Position numbers and translations under genes: made by a program. Positions 57,901 through 64,000 of a stretch of DNA of 64,000 bases are shown here, one piece after another; position 1 is the stretch's first letter; the number at the start of each line of letters is the position of its first letter. The notes below the pieces were generated by a model. It had not been told where the DNA came from, made no database searches, and worked only from the letters and a program-made list of their open reading frames with translations. Source of the stretch: a virus (taxonomy: Duplodnaviria; Caudoviricetes). The DNA is taken from IMG/VR virus record IMGVR_UViG_3300044618_001634, positions 299 to 64,298 of that record; one strand, given 5' to 3'.

Positions 57901-58542
57901 AATGTTGCCACTGGATGGTTCAACTGTGGCATAGTTTACATATTTTATGTTGCCATCATAGAGCATTATACTCATGGCGCCGTTGGAGGTGATATCTTGT
58001 GTGACTACAGGTGCTGGTAAGCTGGTCAATTCACTGCCGTTGCCTTTGACGTAAGCACCTGTGACGTTGCCCGACGCACTGACGTTGCCTGCTGAGATGT
58101 TGCCCGTGGTTGAGATTGTGGTATTGGAATTGTTTTGTAACACAGCATTGCCATTGACTGTGAGCACGTTGCCAGCAGTCAAGCTGAGCGGTACATTGTT
58201 CATGAAGATGGTAGCATTGCTCACATACAAATCATTCCATTGATTTGTGGCATTGCCCAAACTGTAAACAGCATTGCCACTGGGTATAATGTTTCCAACT
58301 TGACCTGCCTCTAGGTATTGTCCTACTTGTGCATTTCCATAGGTGCCAGCAGAAGTTAAAAGTGTGAGCTGGCCAACATTGTTGCCAATATAAGGAGTAG
58401 GAGGATTGGTAGTAAGGTCTACTACAATTTCGCCCGGTCTGGCATTGCCGTTGTAGTTGACCAGGGTCTCCTGCGCATTGTCCTTCATGACAGTGCGGCT
58501 AATGCCAGTTATGTCGTCATATGGTGGTGGTGGGTTGGCCAT
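54955..58542 (-). CDS. Long fibre protein with a C-terminal Hint domain
   Basis: GN-rich fibre modules and six W-x-F-x-x-x-x-x-L-x-x-P repeats; Hint domain from Cys990 (CLLAGTQIALSDG...HRIF...YNV...LTSC). Confidence 0.8.
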   Translation of the reverse strand: MANPPPPYDDITGISRTVMKDNAQETLVNYNGNARPGEIVVDLTTNPPTPYIGNNVGQLTLLTSAGTYGNAQVGQYLEAGQVGNIIPSGNAVYSLGNATNQWNDLYVSNATIFMNNVPLSLTAGNVLTVNGNAVLQNNSNTTISTTGNISAGNVSASGNVTGAYVKGNGSELTSLPAPVVTQDITSNGAMSIMLYDGNIKYVNYATVEPSSGNIAGGNITTTGLVSATGNVTGNYFIGNGSQLTGISSGIQSSIANGTSNVNIATANGNATITANAASTWTFGTDSTLTLPAGSSRITSYGQITIETDNNASGMYLNADGVNLLYANTNVTLRANSIGANKDWNFGSDGNLAIPGSIIGAATVAIDNRASGNGADIELYSADDILLQARDRSAGSTSEGGDINIFAGDSAEDSDSSGGDVIIEGGRGGAANVDFGGVGGFVTIQSGQGGNAIGANFSAQSGGDLTLRAGDAGTNNGNIDLGNSGGDVIINAGDSTGNGDPGGTIYLTSGAADASALAGDVVIQAGGTWTFDGSGNLNLPMGGVVYETNIPDGGLSGSAIALKPTGGTNADQELLIYPTVNDANHLHLTTGNLYNTELFLGDDNLYVKLANTGNVVVNSNDDTGNTAQWTFGTDGNLTLPGNTFAVNYANGTPVSIGGGSANTGNVTFNDQAVVGTGDQEGSSGLYLAPGTESVGNLQYIRVRGGDVATHIHLDTGNNAYFDQYFGDDGKYVKLVNTGNVEIGSNDAVGNSAQWTFDTGGNLTFPTGNLVITPVDAYLGNSAVIASQYHSLITLSTGANGGLSSFWVEDYANASTSNIAAVYANPTPGSKIVRIAVGTNGSPGPNLWDFGADGNLTAPGNVSAVGNITGAYILGNGSQLTDVTASVPGQTILPTVQTITVAARPAGLFGGGQGGANVTVANAIPVTEYGVIITDGTVSEKYKTGSLGSIPGTVSLTFTTGLNSAQFTVFAYVTSNAGTYYSNAATGTSGICLLAGTQIALSDGTRKAIEHITYTDKMLSWDFDRGCYAETTAVWIKRGETGSQYNLLTFSDGTTLRTFDQHRIFNKQAGAFTYPMTDATPIGTVTVNEHGQEITLTNKQVIVDTIEYYNVITDYHMNLFSDTVLTSCRFNNIYPITDMKFVKDGRKLRTRAEFENIPDRFFHGLRLAEQTTDIKTVEWYVNRLLSTEVLAASELTV

Positions 58543-58569
58543 GATTTCTCTTTGTATTCATTATGATAT

Positions 58570-59052
58570 TTAGTTAATCTCTAGTATGTTGGCCGGAAGG
58601 TACAATCCCCACGAAACCAGTTGATTAAACATGGCATAGTAGGTTGAACTGCCATAAATGTATAACTCACCGCCGTTACGATATACTATATTTTTATTTT
58701 GTTGAGAACTCCACTCAATCAGCCATGTTAATATAGCAGGAGGAATTTCGTTGCCGGCAGCAGTGACTTCATAATACACCAGAGTATCGTCGGTAGGATG
58801 TTTTTTGAGACTAATGATTACGTTGCTCAAATTGGGCTTAACCCAGTCCGGGATGCTGTCATCTTGTATCCATGCACACCAATAATCCTGGCAGGGATTT
58901 TTAGGGCGATTGGGATAGATTGAACACTGATGATTGTCTAGAAAAAAACACGGAGTGCCGGATTTCATAACATGTCCATTGATTGTTGCGCCCAACCACC
59001 CATTGCAACAAGCATGACAATCACCGCACTGACGTGTGTTTGACCTATTCAT
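58570..59052 (-). CDS. YkgJ-like cysteine-cluster (CxxCxxCC) protein
   Basis: CGDCHACC, CFFL...CSIYPNRP..C..Y.C.W. Confidence 0.75.
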   Translation of the reverse strand: MNRSNTRQCGDCHACCNGWLGATINGHVMKSGTPCFFLDNHQCSIYPNRPKNPCQDYWCAWIQDDSIPDWVKPNLSNVIISLKKHPTDDTLVYYEVTAAGNEIPPAILTWLIEWSSQQNKNIVYRNGGELYIYGSSTYYAMFNQLVSWGLYLPANILEIN

Positions 59053-59070
59053 AGTTTAATATTTATACCC

Positions 59071-59101
59071 AACAAAAAAGCACCCTGGGTGCTTTTTTGT
59101 T
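59071..59101. terminator. Bidirectional intrinsic terminator
   Basis: Perfect inverted repeat AACAAAAAAGCACCC-T-GGGTGCTTTTTTGTT. Confidence 0.8.
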
Positions 59102-59118
59102 TACAGAATTTATGTGTG

Positions 59119-60042
59119 CTATGAGTACACTTCTGTGGATGCTAGACTTGGGAAACTGCCGGTGGAGCCACCAAACGCTATACCGGTACCGGCTGCTGTG
59201 CCTGCACCACCTAGTTGAAATCTAGCAGTGGTCAATGATCCAGTTGCGGTCCATGTGGATCCATTGTATGTTAGCGCTGCTGCAGTTGCACCACCGGCAT
59301 TGCCGCCAAATATCAATCCTGCAGTTTGTGTTCCGCTTCCGCCTGCACCCAATCGACCAGATGGTAAAGCTCCACCTGCCGACCAGGAAATACCGTTAAA
59401 ATTTTCAGTAGATGACAGTAGATTAAACGAAGCGTCGGCGCCGGCTGAGGTTACTGCAGCAGATTGTGTTCCAAACGCAGCATTGAATTTTCTGCCAGTG
59501 GCCAGATTCAGTGGAGGACCCCCGGTGGACCAACTTGTTCCATCGTATAATACAACTGAAGCAAGTGCACTTCCCACGGGGCTATTTTCGCCACCAACAC
59601 CCAGTGCTGCTGTCTGAGTTCCGCATCCTGCTAGGGTATATCTAGCTGAGCCTAAGGATCCGCCGGAACTCCATGCACTTCCATCATATTCATTTGAGGC
59701 AGTTTGCGGTGCAAATGCTCCATTTAATCCAGCAAATGCCAGTCCTGTAGTTTGTGTTCCTGCCCCAGCAAAGTTAAAACAGGCATTGGGGTAATTGCCT
59801 CCCACAGACCATGCGGATCCATCATATTCTTCTGTTTCTTGAGAAAATGTACCAGCTCCTTTGGAAGCGGAGATGTATCCACCCATGCCCAAGGTTGCTG
59901 TTGGTGTGCCGCATGCTGCCAACTTGTCGCGCCCGGTATTCATGGTGCCGCCTGCACTCCAACCTGGAGGTGGTGGAGGTGGCGGTGGTGGTGGGGGTGC
60001 TGTCATTGTAATACCAGTTAGCGTTAGTCCTGAAATTTCCAT
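59119..60042 (-). CDS. Kelch-like beta-propeller protein with a poly-Pro linker
   Basis: About 6 repeats of W(S/T).GG.L...R...A..GTQ.A.L..GG...(Y/F)(D/N)G; P11 near the N-terminus. Confidence 0.75.
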   Translation of the reverse strand: MEISGLTLTGITMTAPPPPPPPPPPPGWSAGGTMNTGRDKLAACGTPTATLGMGGYISASKGAGTFSQETEEYDGSAWSVGGNYPNACFNFAGAGTQTTGLAFAGLNGAFAPQTASNEYDGSAWSSGGSLGSARYTLAGCGTQTAALGVGGENSPVGSALASVVLYDGTSWSTGGPPLNLATGRKFNAAFGTQSAAVTSAGADASFNLLSSTENFNGISWSAGGALPSGRLGAGGSGTQTAGLIFGGNAGGATAAALTYNGSTWTATGSLTTARFQLGGAGTAAGTGIAFGGSTGSFPSLASTEVYS

Positions 60043-60106
60043 AATAATCCTTTAGCAAGTTTTGTTATGTATTTAGCCAAAAATAAAAAAACACATTAGT
60101 GCCTTG

Positions 60107-60805
60107 CTAGTTTGATTTATAAACTGTTTTTGAATCGTAAAATGTGTTATAGTTGTTGGTGCCCAGGGCCTCTAAGTCGCCGCTGACTGAGGTTTTTCCG
60201 TAGGCATGGATACGGCCATCAGGTAAAACAAATGCTGGATTAGGAATCAGGCGTGTTGGTGTCAAGAACATGTAGTCGCCAAACAGCATGTTTTCATTGG
60301 CTGGTTGTTCAGCAAATGCTCGACCCAACACCGTAGGACCAGTGGGACACAGGGGAGAAATACCATAGTATTCTTTTTTGCAATTATCAACCACTATGTC
60401 AATGGCACGCTGAAACACTGGATGCTGTGGCTGGCTGTAGATAGCACCACACGACACTGAATAATTAGTTAGTGAGTAATTTTGCATGTCTCTATAGGCC
60501 AAGATCTCAACCGAATCAGCTGGTAGGGCACGAAAATTCATTCTGACTGCAATATCAAAATACCAGCCGCCTAATGCATACAGCACACAGTATTTTCCTA
60601 AGTCTGCTTTGTAGGAATAAGGATTCAATCGATCGTAGGCTTTTACCACAGCGGAATCAAAGTTTTTTGAAATCAACTCTCTCAATGAGTCATGATCATA
60701 CACGGTATAAGTATCAATGTCGTGAGTACTGGTCACTGTTTTAACACAATCAACCAGGTGATCTGCCATTGGACTTTGAGAAATGTAGATTTGACTGATG
60801 TTCAT
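60107..60805 (-). CDS. GT32-like glycosyltransferase
   Basis: KADLGKYCVLYALGGWYFDI, HP.F..AI, TGP.VLG. Confidence 0.8.
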   Translation of the reverse strand: MNISQIYISQSPMADHLVDCVKTVTSTHDIDTYTVYDHDSLRELISKNFDSAVVKAYDRLNPYSYKADLGKYCVLYALGGWYFDIAVRMNFRALPADSVEILAYRDMQNYSLTNYSVSCGAIYSQPQHPVFQRAIDIVVDNCKKEYYGISPLCPTGPTVLGRAFAEQPANENMLFGDYMFLTPTRLIPNPAFVLPDGRIHAYGKTSVSGDLEALGTNNYNTFYDSKTVYKSN

Positions 60806-60884
60806 ATGGTGGAATATTTACCAACAAAAACCCACCCCCGGGTGCTTTTATTTAGATTGACAGAGATCACCGTGCCAGCGAGCG

Positions 60885-61070
60885 TTAATACGTATCGTGT
60901 TCAAATCCGCTTGGTACTTGTACTGTGGAACCGTCGATCAGCGTGACTTGATATTCAGTGCGATCTGCTGACAAGCACACACCGGCATAATCTCCTGGGT
61001 CGAGGCCGGCGTTCTTTAGAGTTTCTTTGTATGCGTGTTCCTGCTGTGCAGCGTATTGACGTGAGTTCAT
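60885..61070 (-). CDS. Hypothetical protein, 61 aa
   Basis: ATGA-coupled to the endonuclease gene; AAGGA RBS. Confidence 0.55.
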   Translation of the reverse strand: MNSRQYAAQQEHAYKETLKNAGLDPGDYAGVCLSADRTEYQVTLIDGSTVQVPSGFEHDTY

Positions 61071-61873
61071 TGGGTTTCCTTATTTGGGTTTAGTTTACAA
61101 CGGTCAGCATGCCAGCGTGTGTGCATGCTCACGCTTGCAGTTTTACCACAGTGTTTGCAAGTTTTTTTCATTTGACTTGGGTGTCGTCCTTCTGCTAGTC
61201 TTTTAAGATTGCTGTCAGATCCAACAAAATTGTGGGTACCGGCTTTGATTCGTTTAGCATTGTGCTCGGGTCCAAGTAAATTATGAGTTCCTTCAGCAAT
61301 ACGTTTTTCATTTAGTTTACCGCTAGCATTAGGGCTTTTTCCATCTTGCCAGTGATGTATACCCGCTTCGCTACGCCATATGCTTGGATTGTTTTTAAGC
61401 CAGATATGGTTGCCGTTTTCATATGCTGTTTTAGCATTGCGACCATCTTTGTTTGGGTTTCGGTCGCCTTGTAAATTATGCTTACCTTCACGAACTAACT
61501 TATTTTGTTTTTGTCTACTATTTTCTCTTGCTTGCGGATTTTTTCTCATATAGTGATTATCCCCGGCAATTTTTTCTGCTATAATTGGATTTTTCATTGG
61601 ATTATTATCTGTGTCAAACCCAATTGGATCTACTGTTCTGTTCATGCAACCAGGTTTGCCATAATGTTCTGACAAATATTGACCTTCAAGTCGTTTTACC
61701 TGTTCGGCCGACTCTGCGTATTCGAGTATTTCTCGAGTCAGAGTAGATTTATCTTTTATAGAACTGGGCCACAGACCAGAACCAATGTAGCCATCGTTGA
61801 TGTTTTCTGTACTATGTCTTCCAATATAATATTTGCCGTTTGTGTGAGTTGTTTTGTATATAAAGTGTTTCAT
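61067..61873 (-). CDS. Free-standing GIY-YIG (Seg-like) homing endonuclease
   Basis: Probable start MKHFIYKTT...YYIGRHST...Y.GSG...E; repeated G-x-H modules; C-terminal CKHC...H...C. Confidence 0.8.
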   Translation of the reverse strand: MKHFIYKTTHTNGKYYIGRHSTENINDGYIGSGLWPSSIKDKSTLTREILEYAESAEQVKRLEGQYLSEHYGKPGCMNRTVDPIGFDTDNNPMKNPIIAEKIAGDNHYMRKNPQARENSRQKQNKLVREGKHNLQGDRNPNKDGRNAKTAYENGNHIWLKNNPSIWRSEAGIHHWQDGKSPNASGKLNEKRIAEGTHNLLGPEHNAKRIKAGTHNFVGSDSNLKRLAEGRHPSQMKKTCKHCGKTASVSMHTRWHADRCKLNPNKETQ

Positions 61874-61950
61874 GCTTTTATTTATCATAGTCCGTGGCAT
61901 TACTAAACATAATACACTCGAACTGACTCTTTTGTCAAATAATTTGGCCA

Positions 61951-61977
61951 ACAAAAAAGCACACTGTAGTGTGCTTT
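61951..61977 (-). terminator. Terminator of the major capsid gene
   Basis: AAAGCACACT/AGTGTGCTTT stem plus a T6 tail. Confidence 0.75.
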
Positions 61978-62027
61978 CTTGCTCTTCCCATCCCAAAGGG
62001 TAGGATGATTTGGTAGTAATTCTCTGA

Positions 62028-63224
62028 TTAGGAGAAAGACAAGTTTTGAACGGCAATCTCGCCCACGTAGTCGGCCGCGTTTCCAAAACTGCTCGCGGTG
62101 TTAGTGAGTTCTACGAATCCGTAGCGAGTCATGAAACTAACTACTGGTTCAAATGTTGTTGGATCCAATACAACGCCTGAGCTCATCAACGGAATGTATG
62201 GGCAATAGAACGCAGGAGCATCAGCTTCAGATGTGCCTTTGTAACCAACCAATACAGGTGTTGTGTCGCTAGCATAGCTGTCAACAAACACACGCATAGC
62301 ACCGTTGAGTGTACCAACAAACTTGGTGTTTGTAGGAGCTTCAAATGTGCCTTCTGTTGTGCGAGCAAAAGCACTAGTAGTTGCACTTTGTAACACTGTC
62401 AACGAGGCTGAACTTACAACAGCATAGTTACCAGCGCCACGACGTGTACGCTGAGCAATCAAGTTAGCAACACGGTTGATCAAAACTGCCAAAGCGGCAT
62501 GTTCGTCACCAACGAATGTAGCTGTACCTGAAACTGTAGCTTGGTTGTATGTAAACTCCGTAGCTGCCAAAGTACGCAGGCTCAACAGGATCTCTTGATC
62601 AATCTCAGCTGTGATCTCTTGTGCAAGAGCAGCCATGATTTCTGCTTCAACGTCAATGCCATGCATGGCTTGTGCGTCTTGTGCAGATTCAAATGTCCAA
62701 CGAGCTTGTAACTTACGTGTTTTAGCTTCAACAGCTTGTTTCAAGATCTGTACGGAAATTTGCTTACCGCCTGTGCCTTCCATGTTTGCTGTGTTGTTGC
62801 CAGTGTAACCTGTTGCAACAGTTTGAGTTGTTGGAACTGTGGAATACGCTGTAGCGATTGTGAATGGTGACAGTGCTTCTTGACCAGCTGTTACGCTTGT
62901 CTGTGCCAGGCTGTTGTCTGTTAAAGACTGAGCATAGCGTACACGCAATGTGTGGATTTGGCCTACTGGACCTGTCATTGGCTGAACGCCGACCAACTCG
63001 TTAGCAATAACAGTTGGCATAACACGTCGAATAACTGGCAGAATCACACGGTTTAATGTAGCGATGTTACCAGATGTTGTAGAACCTGATGATGCGTTCT
63101 CACGCAAATACTTTTTAGTATTTTCAAGGATTACTCCCATTGATGAACGCTTAGATCCGGATAAACCTTCTAAGAGTGCGTCTTTAGTTTCATTCCAACG
63201 ACCTTCTAATAATTCTTGTGACAT
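62028..63224 (-). CDS. gp23 major capsid protein
   Basis: VGVQPMTGP, VEAKTRKLQARWT.E.AQD, EI.AEID.E, FYCPYIPL, FMTRYG. Confidence 0.97.
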   Translation of the reverse strand: MSQELLEGRWNETKDALLEGLSGSKRSSMGVILENTKKYLRENASSGSTTSGNIATLNRVILPVIRRVMPTVIANELVGVQPMTGPVGQIHTLRVRYAQSLTDNSLAQTSVTAGQEALSPFTIATAYSTVPTTQTVATGYTGNNTANMEGTGGKQISVQILKQAVEAKTRKLQARWTFESAQDAQAMHGIDVEAEIMAALAQEITAEIDQEILLSLRTLAATEFTYNQATVSGTATFVGDEHAALAVLINRVANLIAQRTRRGAGNYAVVSSASLTVLQSATTSAFARTTEGTFEAPTNTKFVGTLNGAMRVFVDSYASDTTPVLVGYKGTSEADAPAFYCPYIPLMSSGVVLDPTTFEPVVSFMTRYGFVELTNTASSFGNAADYVGEIAVQNLSFS

Positions 63225-63249
63225 TTAAGTCTCCTTTATTATATCTTAT

Positions 63250-64000
63250 TTACAGCCCTGCCAAACGCTTTAGATCGATCACGTTGGATTGGGATTCAAC
63301 GTAATCTGCATCTGGACTGCGGGCAGATTTATCGCCAGTTGCCTCAGACAATGATTCTACGATTACCTTGGAGGCTTTCACAGAACGATCTTCTAAAACT
63401 GCTGGTAGATACTTTTCAAAAGCATTTGACAAACGACTTGTTTGTACGCTTTCAAGCAAATTACGCATCACTTCTGCTTTTTCCTTGTTTAAAGGAGAGA
63501 GCAATTCCTCTAAAGCAGCTTCACGCTGATTAGATTCTTTAAGGATACGCATTTCGCGTTCTTTTGACTCCACTAAGACTTTTGCCCTTTGTGTGAGTTG
63601 GATGGCTTCAGCAAGTTTTTCATCTTTAGAAGCAATCATATCATGCAACTTGCGAACTTCTGCTTTCTCATTTAAGTGAGTAGCACCAAATTCTGCTGCG
63701 TATGCTTCAAAAATACGACGACCAAAATTGTTCTCGCGAGCAACTTTAATGTCTTCTTGCAACTGGTTGAGTTCAGCCTTGAGGTGTGTGCTAACAGCGT
63801 TAGACATCTTCTTGGCAGATTCTGTTACAAATCGAGCTTTGAGTGCTTCTAACTGTGAGCGAGCTTCACGCACCAAACGAACTTTTGTATTGACTACATC
63901 TTGTTTGTCTTGTGCAAATTCTTGAATCTCACGTGCAAGTGCATGTACAATAAAGCCTTCCAGCTTTTCCATACCTTCGTTGTGCATCTTGCGATCTTTG
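63250..64000 (-). CDS. gp22 prohead core scaffold protein (5' end outside the window)
   Basis: Coiled-coil ORF directly upstream of gp23, open to the window edge; ends DLKRLAGL. Confidence 0.85.
   Translation of the reverse strand, partial: KDRKMHNEGMEKLEGFIVHALAREIQEFAQDKQDVVNTKVRLVREARSQLEALKARFVTESAKKMSNAVSTHLKAELNQLQEDIKVARENNFGRRIFEAYAAEFGATHLNEKAEVRKLHDMIASKDEKLAEAIQLTQRAKVLVESKEREMRILKESNQREAALEELLSPLNKEKAEVMRNLLESVQTSRLSNAFEKYLPAVLEDRSVKASKVIVESLSEATGDKSARSPDADYVESQSNVIDLKRLAGL

Noticed and set aside
59964-59997. GGT/GGA microsatellite as a contingency locus
   Set aside because: It encodes in-frame poly-Pro with mixed synonymous codons, consistent with a protein linker.
61067-62086. 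Group I intron, or a 339-aa endonuclease overlapping gp23
   Set aside because: gp23 is uninterrupted and has its own terminator. The endonuclease motifs start at Met 61873 behind separate promoters, and no intron core was recognised.
1-64000. Stop-codon reassignment, tRNA genes, CRISPR arrays, or a reverse transcriptase/DGR
   Set aside because: Core genes are full-length in code 11, with TAA, TAG and TGA all used as stops. No cloverleaf, repeat-spacer array or RT motif was recognised by eye; tRNAscan was not run.

Overview
This window is a 64-kb segment of a large T4-superfamily myovirus genome in the standard genetic code, mostly coded on the minus strand. Head, neck and tail morphogenesis genes include the gp22 scaffold (partial), gp23 major capsid, gp13/gp14/gp15, a 1098-aa gp18 sheath, gp19 tube, gp4, a gp16-like protein and gp17 terminase. 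Recombination and nucleotide genes include uvsW (partial), uvsX, uvsY, gp32 and a dNMP kinase. There are also several fibre-like proteins and a free-standing GIY-YIG endonuclease. The glyco-modification set is unusually large: about 15 glycosyltransferase-like genes, 4 methyltransferases, a nucleotide-sugar dehydrogenase, an epimerase and a sulfotransferase-like gene, many behind T4-type late promoters. Three radical SAM genes are also present. Most notable: (1) a fibre protein ending in a Hedgehog-like Hint domain (Cys1...SC plus a WY helix); (2) a late-expressed, putative virion glycosylation system; (3) an A10 tract whose -1 shift would fuse two GT4 enzymes; (4) internal head proteins with capsid-targeting N-termini and a scaffold-like L-x-x-(L/M/S)-(A/S)-G motif; (5) many predicted leaderless transcripts; (6) candidate structured RNA leaders. 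All calls come from motif recognition by eye; no database searches were run.
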